From positions 25,730,001 to 25,794,000 of the forward strand of contig OZ038379.1 in the NCBI GenBank assembly GCA_964036045.1: 64,000 nucleotides of DNA, written 5' to 3'. Position numbers and translations under genes: made by a program. Within the stretch, counting starts at the first letter, position 1. The number at the start of each line of letters is the position of its first letter. The notes beneath the pieces are model-generated. The model saw only the letters and a program-made list of their open reading frames with translations. It was not told the origin of the DNA and did not search any database. Below are positions 10,701-20,100 of the stretch, in pieces. The DNA is from Eutreptiella sp. 'Long Island Sound 2002' (lineage: Eukaryota; Protista; Euglenida).

Positions 10701-11615
10701 ACGCACTGGGCAGGGTAGGCGGAGGGTACGCAGGATGTCGGCAGCGGGCCCATGGATGGCCATTGGGGTATCCCAGGACAGTGGGATGTACAACGCGCAA
10801 CAATATTGTCGCTTGCGGGCGAAAGCGTAGGTGGTGGACCAAGAGCCAAAGTCGATGGCCGCTTGGTTCGGGAACTGGCTAAATGGCAGTTCAGTACGTA
10901 TGTGGGGCGGGACGTCGACAGCCAGGTCAACGCCAAATACGAGACGGGCGGCACGCTCAAATTTCCGTCTGTGGCGGGGGTGCATGGCACGTGGTGTGGA
11001 GGTGGCATATGGGCGGCTGGGGGGGGAATGCATGGCAGTAACTTGTTGACGAACACGTTCAGCTGCCGAGGGATGGGGCAGATGCAGGCTGGGGTTCGGT
11101 AGTTCACTGGCGTTGACGAGTTGCAGGGGGAAAGTCGTCAGGACCCATTCGAGCAGGCACCGATAGAAGAGGACGCAGTGCATAGCAGTACATTGCAGCC
11201 ACGTCGTGAGTGGTACAGATGCGGCGTACCCGAGCCATAGCCGGCGTACAGCCCCGAAGCGGTATGCGAGTGACCCAATTTGGGGCACCAGTGGTACATT
11301 CTGCGGGTACGGGCTCTGTAAATCAAAGGCGGCGGGTGTACTCGCTGACGACTGCTGCATGTGGAGTTCTGTGACCCTAAGTTCCTGAAGGAGCTTGTGG
11401 CGTAGTCTTTCCGCGTCCACCAGGGGCTGAAGGCAGTGTAGTGTACTGCGGGGGACGCGACCTCGGGACAGGGCTTCCTGGACAGGACAGTGAGTCAGCG
11501 GTACGCAAGCCGTCATGCCCTCTAGACACGTCCAGCGGCACGTGGGTACCGTCCAGCGAGTTAAGAACGTCCAGAGATCGGGGCTATTCGCTGGGAGGTC
11601 ACCCACTAAGCGCAT
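6492..11615 (-). CDS. PLE polyprotein: PCIF1-like domain, GIY-YIG endonuclease, CxC linker, reverse transcriptase, thumb, AT-hook (1707 aa)
   Basis: GIY-YIG: WVYAVW...QYFGQTG...DRVLEE...IERRFIQNVTPNLN (about 10150-9860), with no CCHH insert. CxC: ECACP (9294-9305). RT: FLDKN, REVFSH..HP, ELDVVRMFPSL, RQTEGAAIGGLLS, RFRDN, TFLEV. PLE thumb: ELIHRGYP. AT-hook: KRRGRPPR (6978-7001). No frameshift. Confidence 0.92.
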   Translation of the reverse strand: MRLVGDLPANSPDLWTFLTRWTVPTCRWTCLEGMTACVPLTHCPVQEALSRGRVPRSTLHCLQPLVDAERLRHKLLQELRVTELHMQQSSASTPAAFDLQSPYPQNVPLVPQIGSLAYRFGAVRRLWLGYAASVPLTTWLQCTAMHCVLFYRCLLEWVLTTFPLQLVNASELPNPSLHLPHPSAAERVRQQVTAMHSPPSRPYATSTPRAMHPRHRRKFERAARLVFGVDLAVDVPPHIRTELPFSQFPNQAAIDFGSWSTTYAFARKRQYCCALYIPLSWDTPMAIHGPAADILRTLRLPCPVRVACIIPEHWMHDPPLWHATHAAYHHYTFMDGPVCGGSFRLRGFLLQNPAAAALGPVHFQLIVAHLGPILRALKIHIPRAPRDKPEPAGRVLCTQTTLPNPYQASSPYYYVPLDTSGKALFWHTWNAEWTSRKTTLGTRPVCRQHLVASWRRCNEVLPLAPQHWLRRLAQLVHWPTAHDIDTKAQWVYAVWTPLDPRQYFGQTGAISQPRSVTDRVLEEIGSAQSWVVMYQGKMSQGPLYIRAMHALGPWNFNPIPLLPTDICNTDLIERRFIQNVTPNLNEQRHRRRSYFRWLVRGNMSKALPLATLRDPDVWTKLQQSSRATVRPQDALKILSLARRDMAPHQFSALQGKLLPYIQRQTGVRLPKSLPLRLPVQDPAVKKPVKRLFRDFLRSTKLPAVMCTYLASIFSVVLCSPCKLSRLLSDGRVTSSLADLRQSLTHSTPCASQLHTQPNIATTTPCTAPQLECACPTPAWFTREEIRHVTSPRFSSVFDVGSDFVLSKTPRELCRATSEALRTLHSALPKRRPFPFPKFADAVQDQIKLACTHNPTPHATPPTVPLTRRFKKDHPRLRVIFLDKNCLCYVLFCWRFWVQIILNAYDRPEYTLYRTYSSPEACRSILLLYYYYLALTFPVLRKYVPPRRLRRNLTLNMPWLKAARLPPPPKMCTIVPTSEAEAAKARDLLVSHAEQVFQHTSARARDLGLGPPDSLHLPARHGKWKVPTTEGLAKQKSIPVKPSRDVATREVFSHAGHPLNPQFRHASRISSLLERRYTCSFFTLNVLNQEHLIEGFLKPAREFYSAQGIPVGGGELDVVRMFPSLKKQKIIAARKKLYERWKPMLDLQRGTKEVNFSISKSANKKLDEVGAKGANLWHVYTAQECLELALLNLFLNDFFVTGSELRRQTEGAAIGGLLSAQDADLCLMLPESEVRWGSTFPLSLRLARFRDNLMFFCPLQFVPYWTHHLKKFFTDLYELDLDFEQMGRSLTFLEVQVQCEGPNIRWGMKNKVLAGYLTDNPTILRFPDPHTSTARDTVHGLAIALSKKAASITTDPPFTESNFSQVVWELIHRGYPMSWWVSPVRKAYLRSDAITPWAKLKKDPRWIPPVPAKQCLLCPQYTPCPIALPQDSDCRATIRHLATAGVPLIPLKEAVTLPVQHVPPEMRHHTRKHGTPAPTARKRARPARRRTRRLTVRKRPARKQRQPAPLPPNSQRPRLTRRLGYPPPPPDAQQSTVPTKRRGRPPRTATVVRPRAPPRPREPPPPHTPDPMPLPLDDLPHALTDAESVCPSVSSSTSSSPPSTLAPVGATASLEQTALVQHWWQQEIEPYKGLILGHHEARQLDSLLADDLWLYQKYRYDVHHHYRHTTPPTQAMWQQGILTMDCPDAIAWLNLQAMTTPESDSSVD

Positions 11616-11681
11616 CTGGCTGCAGCTGCAGAAGTGCAGTGTGGTCGGGTGGGCAAAAATTGCATTGTCCCCATGCCGCTC

Positions 11682-12983
11682 CTAGCTGGCAGTGGCCAGG
11701 TTGAGTGCAGCCACTTCGTCCATGAATGAGTCAAAGGGGCATGTGGTGTGGCTATCGAAACACAGCTGCCCGTCAGCACCATAAGGGATCACCCGGGGTG
11801 TTGCTTTACTCTGGGCGCTCTTATCGGTGGGGAGGGCTGGGATCATGACCTTAACGGCACGGCGTTGTCTGCCATCGTCGCCTTCCTTCACCACAACCCA
11901 TGCATCAACCGGGGCAGGGCCCATGTCGAAGGGGATGTCTTTAGGGCGCCTCATGAATATGTACGAGGGGCTGGCAGTGGGCGTCGTAGTTGTCCCAAAG
12001 GCAGGTTGCGTACCCGTGGAAGGTGTCGATCCAGACGAGGCTTCGGCAGATTGCTCGGCCGCACGATCGGCCCGTAGCGCATTGATGATGTCGCCCGTCA
12101 TGGTGCCCATGCGCGTGTTGATACTAGTGATGTCCGTGCGGATGCCCTGCACATCGCCTTCGATTTTCTGGAACCGGGCCTCGTACGGGTCGTCAGTGGG
12201 TGCGGCGTCGAGCACCATTGCGTCCGGGGTATTCGGCGCCGTGGCGGTCTGTGGTTTCGCTGGTGTAGTGGGTGCCGTGAGGTTGAGGCCAATCGGCTCC
12301 TCAGGGTCATCGGCGATATGCAGGCCTTCAGGTTCAGCCACGGGTTGGGCATTGATCGCCGTGACGATGACCTTCGACTTGCCGTCTTTCAGTCCACCCA
12401 GTCGTTTTGCCACGGCCTGTTGCGCTGCCGGCGAAGCTGTACCAAAGACCAGGGCACGTGAGTTTTGCCGATATATCTTCATGGCCTCCGGGATGTTCTT
12501 GGTGACCCACTTCTCATCGGAGTCGGTGACGTCACGGTTGAACACGAGCGAGATGCCGTTCGCCGTGTTCTGCTTCTGCAGCGCCTCGGCTTTCTCCGGG
12601 AAGATGGAGGCCAGGAGATCGCGTAACTCAACCTGGACGTTGATGTCGGAGGCACTGGGCGCGTTGTGCTGCGCGGGACTCCGACCAGTAGATCCGGCAG
12701 ACGAGCGTGGGGCATTACGGCACTCGTGTGGTTCATGGCCCACCCAGCGGCCTTCCTTGTCGTGATAAGGACACCAGATGCGGGGGCCTCCGGTAGGCCA
12801 CGTGCCATCGCGAGTGCCCGGGGTTGGTACTGGGGAGTTGGAGCGTCGGGAGCGTTCAGGGCGGTAGCCGCCCTCGGATCGTTGCGAGCCTTCGCCGTCG
12901 CGTCTCTCGCCGTTCCGCTTGTTGGGGCAGTCGTAGGACAGGTGGCCATAGCCTTTACACTCGTAGCATTGTCGTTGGGACAT
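11682..12983 (-). CDS. PLE upstream ORF, nucleic-acid-binding (CCHC zinc knuckle, RRM-like segment, coiled coil), 433 aa
   Basis: CYECKGYGHLSYDC is CX2CX4HX4C at the N-terminus, followed by a second Cys/His cluster WCPYH..GHEPHEC. RRM-like segment ISLVF..ALVFGTASPAAQQAVAKRLGGLKDGKSKVIVTA (about 12560-12350). Heptad-like EARFQKIEGDVQGIRTDITSINTRM. It lies between the pseudo-LTR and the RT ORF. Confidence 0.85.
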   Translation of the reverse strand: MSQRQCYECKGYGHLSYDCPNKRNGERRDGEGSQRSEGGYRPERSRRSNSPVPTPGTRDGTWPTGGPRIWCPYHDKEGRWVGHEPHECRNAPRSSAGSTGRSPAQHNAPSASDINVQVELRDLLASIFPEKAEALQKQNTANGISLVFNRDVTDSDEKWVTKNIPEAMKIYRQNSRALVFGTASPAAQQAVAKRLGGLKDGKSKVIVTAINAQPVAEPEGLHIADDPEEPIGLNLTAPTTPAKPQTATAPNTPDAMVLDAAPTDDPYEARFQKIEGDVQGIRTDITSINTRMGTMTGDIINALRADRAAEQSAEASSGSTPSTGTQPAFGTTTTPTASPSYIFMRRPKDIPFDMGPAPVDAWVVVKEGDDGRQRRAVKVMIPALPTDKSAQSKATPRVIPYGADGQLCFDSHTTCPFDSFMDEVAALNLATAS

Positions 12984-13020
12984 AGCGAATAGAGTAGGCG
13001 CTGGAAGGAAAAAATAGGCA
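12984..13020 (-). promoter_or_regulatory. Candidate 3' splice acceptor / spliced-leader trans-splice acceptor upstream of PLE ORF1
   Basis: Minus strand reads TGCCTATTTTTTCCTTCCAG|CGCCTACTCTATTCGCT-ATG: a pyrimidine tract plus CAG, 17 nt before the ORF1 ATG. Confidence 0.5.
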
Positions 13021-13165
13021 AAATACCCAGGGGCGAACTAGGCGATGGAGATGTCTGAGTGTCGGTACGTTGATGTCACTGTACCCAAATACGTGCTGTA
13101 ACTCAATGCCAGGATAATGCGTATTGTCAACGCTGCAGAACACGCAGCTCGGTACGCCGGTCGAA

Positions 13166-14663
13166 GAGCAGCAGAGGATTGGTAGCGGGACACAAGAAAA
13201 CTTGTCAAAGAAAAGACATGTCAATTCCAACCTGTGCACAGTTGCATACCGCGTGAAATAAACTTGGTGATGTTCACTTCAGCACAATGTGGTCCTATGT
13301 ACAGTGGGTTTCGTTCCTGTGTCTTATTGGGAGAGGAGCTACAATTATTTTCATGCAATGTCTAAGTTCAAGGGGGCACTGCGGTGCCCCCCACAGGGTA
13401 CAAACAGGTATAGCGCACGTGGGCGACCAAATGGGCAGCCACTAGTCAACCGAGGAGTCAGACTCAGGCGTGGTCATGGCCTGCAGGTTCAGCCACGCGA
13501 TAGCATCAGGGCAGTCCATGGTTAGGATGCCCTGCTGCCACATAGCCTGAGTGGGCGGTGTGGTGTGCCGGTAGTGATGGTGCACATCATACCTGTACTT
13601 TTGGTACAGCCACAGATCGTCAGCAAGCAGGCTGTCCAGTTGGCGCGCTTCGTGGTGGCCTAGTATTAACCCCTTGTATGGTTCGATTTCCTGCTGCCAC
13701 CAGTGCTGCACCAGCGCAGTCTGCTCCAGAGATGCCGTCGCACCGACGGGAGCAAGGGTGGACGGGGGCGAGGAGGAAGTGGAACTACTAACGCTAGGGC
13801 ATACACTTTCGGCATCGGTTAGGGCGTGTGGCAGATCATCCAGAGGTAGCGGCATGGGGTCTGGGGTATGGGGGGGGGGGGGGTTCTCGTGGCCTGGGGG
13901 GCGCGCGGGGCCTCACGACTGTGGCAGTGCGTGGTGGCCTACCTCGCCGTTTCGTCGGCACTGTGGACTGCTGTGCATCCGAGGGTGGGGGAGGGTAACC
14001 CAGCCTTCTGGTCAACCGTGGGCGCTGTGAGTTTGGTGGCAGGGGGGCTGGCTGGCGCTGCTTTCTCGCTGGGCGTTTGCGCACAGTGAGTCTGCGTGTC
14101 CTACGGCGCGCTGGTCGTGCCCGTTTGCGGGCCGTGGGCGCTGGTGTGCCATGTTTTCGGGTGTGGTGCTGCATTTCTGGTGGCACGTGTTGGACAGGCA
14201 ACGTGACAGCTTCCTTCAGGGGGATCAGGGGGACTCCCGCAGTGGCCAAGTGGCGGATGGTCGCACGGCAGTCACTGTCCTGGGGGAGGGCAATAGGGCA
14301 GGGGGTGTATTGGGGGCACAGAAGACACTGTTTTGCAGGCACTGGGGGTATCCATCTGGGGTCCTTCTTTAACTTCGCCCATGGGGTAATGGCATCGGAC
14401 CTGAGGTATGCTTTTCGTACAGGGCTCACCCACCAGGACATGGGATACCCGCGGTGTATCAGTTCCCATACCACCTGGGAGAAGTTGGACTCGGTGAAAG
14501 GCGGGTCAGTAGTGATACTCGCGGCCTTCTTGGACAGTGCAATTGCCAGGCCGTGCACTGTGTCGCGGGCTGTGCTCGTGTGGGGGTCGGGGAAACGGAG
14601 GATGGTGGGGTTGTCGGTGAGGTAGCCAGCCAGGACTTTATTTTTCATGCCCCAGCGGATGTT
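13166..14663 (-). repeat. 5' pseudo-LTR (5'-truncated tandem copy of the element's 3' end)
   Basis: Begins inside the RT/thumb coding sequence (NIRWGMKNK) and runs through the stop and 3' UTR into the unique 5' region. The poly-G indel frameshifts this copy. Confidence 0.95.
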
Positions 14664-15780
14664 GGTTTCTAGGTCCTTTCGATGTACTGTTTGGATTACT
14701 GTGACGGGGAACAGACACTGTGTTGATGATGATTGTTTCTTTGGATTCCTGTCCTACCCTCATTTCGTGTTTCAACAACGACCACCCCATTACTTGGGTG
14801 GTCTGTACATTGGTTGACCACCCACGCACCAGCACCAGGGTGGTCATGGGATAAATCTAGCGGTGTAGCAAAATGTGAAAAGTAGGAAAGTGTTTGTATG
14901 TGGATACTTTTCATCCTTGTAGTACAACACGAAGAGTCAGTGTGCAATGTAATTTTTCAGCAAGAATATCAAGGGCACAGGTCGTTAGCAATTCCCGCAA
15001 TTGTTGCGGAAGTGGACAACCACCCAGGTACCTGGGTGTCCAAATTCATAAAAAAGGAAAAACCATCAAAATTTCAAAATGCAAAAATAGAAAAAAACAT
15101 ATTTTCAAAAAAAAGCCCGGCACCTAGGTGGTCCAACTTTTCAAGTTTTTGCAAAACATATCACTGAATGAAGAAAAAAAAACTCATGCACTATGTGCAC
15201 CCCCAAGTGAAAAGCTAGGTTGCCCAAGTGGAGGGAAAACAGGGGGTAGGTAGCCTCCAGAGATTCAAGCAAAGAGAACATGTGCGAAGCGACTTTTGCG
15301 TTGATGCGGTGCCAATGTGATCCATCCAACACACCAGGGCATATGTACCGAAGGTGGCAAAACTGTGGCCCATTTGGTGAAGGGCCCATGACAGTGGCCA
15401 ACAGATGTGCACCTAGTGTGTGTGAGTGGTACCGTACACGGTCACCGGGAGAAAACATCTTGGGTCTGAAATAGCAACACAACACACCCATACAGCACCT
15501 TTGGAGACAGAATACCACTGAACACACACAGGTGCTTGATTTGAAGTAATGGGAAAGCAATGCAAGGCCATGCGGAAAGCAGATGGGCAACACAAACGAG
15601 CGCAATACATGTTCACCAGAAAAACATGGAAGTGACAGCCTGCCGGCGGGGGGGGATTGCAAGGGGTGGGAGATTGCAAGGGGGGGGGGGGGGCGGGGTA
15701 CTATCCGACTTTCTGCACGGCACCATCCAACTCACTGCATGTACCGCATGGTACACTTGCAGTAAGTTGGTGGACATTAC

Positions 15781-17189
15781 TTGCGTTTCCTTGGCTCCAT
15801 CTGTGAAAAGCCAGCAGATGGGCAATCCTTTGCTGACGTACTTTTGGTAGTTGGTGGGGCCAATCTCATCCACTGCCCGCATGGAATTGGTCACCAAAAA
15901 CTCATGCAATGTGTCGTGCACCTCTGGTCCTTCGTAGACATTCTCGAGATCATCATAGGGTTTGAACATCACGATAGTACCCATGGAATGATCTCCTGCA
16001 ACTTCTAGGGACTGGACCATCCCGAACGAGAACTCATCACGGTATTGCTCAGCAAACTCTTCCAGGAATTGGGCTTTCTCAGAGCCAGCTTCCAAAAACC
16101 CAACAACCACAGCTTCTGCAGTCTCTTTCACAAGGATAAACGCTTTCAAAGCATCAGCAGAGTCCAACAGCTGAATATCGGGCCCTAAGTTTTTGGATAT
16201 CAGCCTACTATACTACTGGAGCAATTAACCTCTGTGCTAAAGCCCGAGTACCCACTGTTACATCCACGAGCAGTTGACTCACCCTCATTCAGTAGCACAA
16301 ATCCCCCCAACCTCAATAAACAATACCTTACAATGTTTCCCTGGCCACACCATGCCCGACGCAAGAGGCATGGATCTTGTGGGCTGCACGCAAGCCGCAC
16401 CCTGTATATGCCACATGTGTTCGCCACCCAAAGCCCACCTAGTGACCCCGCACCGTGGTACATACTTGAGGATGTAATCCAGTGTGTGCATTAGCTCAAT
16501 CTACACCTGGAGGGAGGCTGACTCACACTCAGACTCATCAGTATTTTTTTTCTTTGTGTAGTTTGGCCCGCACCATGTGTCCTAGTGTGATGTGCAGAAA
16601 CTCTCAATTCAAAGGATAGGGCATATCCATCTGTCAGCAGGTGTCTGGCCTCACTCAGAGTCATCACTATGACATTCGAAGGGGAAAGACAAATAGTAAT
16701 GTGGACAGGTAGAGGGCAGGGACACCGAGAGGAGGAGGGTGGCAGGGATGTAGGAAGACTGAGAGAAAGGGCTACAAAGAGGCAACGAGGGAGCGAGGCA
16801 CAGGGACCTAATTGCTTTCTCATGTAGTTAACGAAGTTCTTTGCAGAAAGGCCTCCATCGTAGGGACCTAGGCGGCCCTTGCGGAACACGAAAAACGAAG
16901 GGTACCCTGAGATGTTGTACCTCTCAACCAACAAGGTCTCCTTTGCACCGTCCACCTTTGCCAGAATGACCCCCGTGCCCTGCAGCTCCTCTGCAGGCGT
17001 TTCATAATCTGGTGCCAGCTGCAGACAAGGCCCACACCATTGGGCGTAGAACTCAACAAGCACTAAGTCGTTCTTCATGACAAAATCACCAAACTCTGCA
17101 CTTGTCAACTCCTTGACCACTGCTCCCGAGGCCCATTTGGCCAGGCATACGAATAGGAGGAATTGGAGATGCAATCCAACCCACGGCAT
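15781..17189 (-). CDS. PDI: Protein disulfide isomerase, 5' part only (signal peptide, a domain, b domain, start of b'); exons 17189-16808 and 16184-15781
   Basis: Hydrophobic signal peptide; LVEFYAQWCGPC..LAPDYE; LAKVDG..YNISGYPS; b-domain VVVGFL..FAEQYRDEFSFG..IVMFKPYD; DEIGPTNYQKY..KGLP. The GT-AG intron 16807-16185 joins the exons in frame, and there is a GTAATG donor at 15780. No a' domain (second CxxC) was found further along the minus strand in this window. Confidence 0.85.
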
Positions 17190-20100
17190 CTCTGCTGGAG
17201 ATTCACATAATGTTGGAGCTTGGGACTCACTCCGGAAAGGCACCTCTACCACACTGCACTGCGGCTCTATCCCACGGTACTTAGCAATAGCTTTAGGTGT
17301 TGCAACTGCAACTGTGGGACGGCATTGCACATTTCAAGGCAAGCCCAAAGATGTTTGAGAAGGTTTTGGGAAAATCGGGGAGTGGGTTTGCGACATTTGT
17401 TCACTCCCTTTCCGGCTTATGCTATCTGCCTGAGGAGGAGGAGATGGTGGTGGTGGTGGTCAGGGACCTGAGACCCAACCCTTGCCGCCCACCTGGTCAC
17501 AAGAAAAGCGCCAGCCTAGACTGGACACTGTCAGTTCCGGCTGTTGTAGGAAAAGGATACCGTCTTAGGGCCGTAAGATATAAATAAGTGATTTGCATGC
17601 AATTGGCGAGAGTGGAATGGGTAAAGCAACCACCCTATACCATCCCCCATAGGGTGGAATCATGCGACACCACGTTGGCAAACATCTTTGAGTGCAAGTT
17701 GGTGGAAATATTCGGGCTTTTGTTCCACAACTGACTCAAGCAAAGGGTGCTGATACCGACTTGACGGCAAAATTGTTGCACTGCCCTAGGGTTACCCCCA
17801 TTTGAACCTCTGGATCAACATCTTTCTATCTTACTAACACAGGCAACAAGCACCTGATCGCCAGCGACAAATGGCAGAGCCCGGACACAGGGGATGCCAA
17901 CGAAGCCCTGATGTTTGCAATGCGCGAGACACAAATGCAGAGAAATCTAGCGTCTGTGGTGCGTGGCTGTGCGTACAATGAACATGCCAGAAGTTGGTGG
18001 TGGCCCCCGCTGTGCTCTGCCCTGTCGGTGGTAGGCAAACTGCATTTGATCCCAGCGCACCTCGTCACCAAGTGGGTAGGGGAGGGAGGGGAGGGAATTC
18101 AGGAGAACCCTCGGGCAGGCTCGTGCTGCGCACTTTGCACCGGCCCTCGAGCCTCCTGAGCACACAAATACATAGGCAGTGGGTGCGAATATTGATTTCG
18201 GCACTGTTGGCACATTCGGAGATTGCTTATCTACCCACCGATCCCAAATCACCAGGTCAGACTGTGGGTGGGGAGTATCTGGGGGCTGGAAATGCACACC
18301 TCGGATACGCGGTATCCGAGTGTTGAAAAGCCTCTTGCTGCAATGATTTCCAACACCAAGCCACGAAAATGGGGTTTCCATCCCGGTCCTTCCCACAAAC
18401 CCCTTTTCATGAAGCTCACGCACAACCGTCCATGTACCCATCCGTATTGTACCTTATTTGTGCTAGAGTAACTTAAAAACATACACTGGAGCTGTCATTT
18501 TTAGCACTTTTTTGCTACATATGTTTGTGTTTGAATGCACGGTTCTGTGTGCGATTTCATTCTCAAGGGGGGGTCGGCCACATTCTATCGTTGTATGCCC
18601 AAGAGCATGTTCTGCCCATCTACCAACCCAATCTTCATGGGGTGAACCTAGCCATGGCGGCTGGTGGCTGGTGGGTTGAGAAAAGGGAGACACCCACCCC
18701 CCCCCCCCCCTCTAGACACGGCTAGCCGCGGCTGGGGGGGTGAATTGCGCCGAGGCCCCGTGTGGACAAAAATATTGAACAAACGCTTACCGTAGGGCCC
18801 TCCTAGGGAAGTCAAGCAACTCAATCGGATGGAACACAATGCAATTGGACGTGCATGCAAAGGAGGTGCAATCACAAAGGCAAATGGACCACGACTGCTC
18901 ACCATATCCCATCGTGATAGCCCAGGATAGCGGGCCACATGTTGGAATGTTGGAATGTTGGATGATTGGAAATTCCAATGAAAGTGTGAGGTAATGGTTC
19001 AAGGGGCAACCCATTGTTTGAAGTACTGAAAAAGAAAATTGCAAATGGCTTTGCAAAGGCCGAGAGGGGTGGTGTTTGCAATGTCATATCAAAGAGCATC
19101 TGCCCATAATTATGAGGGTGGGTGTGTCTACTTATGCTCCTCATCCCCATCCCCATCCGCATCCCCATCCTCATCATTGCACTCAAACGAGGCCGCGTAC
19201 GAATCCATCTCCTCGCAGACATTCTCATGCACACAATAACAACCATCTGGCCTTAACTCATGGGAAACTTGCTCCGCGAAAACCCGGTTGTACTGGATGA
19301 CCTGTGGTTGCCCATCCCACTCCAAGCCCACAAAGGGAGGCGCCTGCAACTCTGCCTGCCACGGCCGCAAGTTGCGGACCGTGAGGAACTTTTCCTTGCC
19401 CTTGCCTTCACTACAACCAATCATCAATTGATCAACTAGTTGATGAAGTGAATTCAATTAAAAGAGGCACAACTCGTAATTATGCAACCTACCATTGCAT
19501 AATGCCATGGTCACCATTGTCTAAAACTTTTGCAGCAGGAGCATTGCAAGTAATTGTCAATGAGACAAACAATTTCCAACATATGTTGTTCAAAAAGAAT
19601 TGTTCCATTAGCATACCATGCGCTATGTGGGGCTCTGTGGCATGCAAACACAAAGCAAGACAAGGTCTGCACCAGCCGGCCGGCCGGCCAGAAGATCGAG
19701 AATAGGAGGAGACCCCCCCCCTCCCCCCCCCCATGGTCGGTTTCACTCCTATGCGTATAACGGTCTTTTATCATGGTGTACTCTCAACGGTATTAATTGG
19801 TGCATGGTTGGCAACCCCATGTTGCCAACAAAGGATGCAATCATCCAGATTACCACAAATTAAAAATGTTTGAGCAACACGTGGAGGATCTTGTTGGAAC
19901 ATTCGGCTATGTTGCCCATAGTGTTATCATTGACAACATTGGACACACCAACTATCAGCTATCGACGCCAGTGTGCCACCTCACCTCAATTGAATTGCAT
20001 TGAAGAATGACACGTTGAAATCCCGTGTGTGCTCATCCTAACTAAAACTCTCCATTCCATTATTCGGCTTTGTACATGTGCATGTGCACACCTTCTCCTT

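Larger units (their letters stand above)
6216..14663 (-). mobile_element. Penelope-like retroelement, N-terminal GIY-YIG + CxC + RT (Chlamys/Naiad-like), with pseudo-LTRs
   Basis: Partial-tandem structure: 13166-14663 directly repeats 6216-7712, the 3' end of the RT ORF plus the 3' UTR. The ORF shows GIY-YIG, then CxC, then PLE-type RT motifs in that order. Confidence 0.92.

Noticed and set aside
11827-12765. 312-aa plus-strand ORF, and similar antisense ORFs over the RT gene (7696-8310, 8968-9579)
   Set aside because: Antisense shadows of GC-rich minus-strand coding sequence with no motifs.
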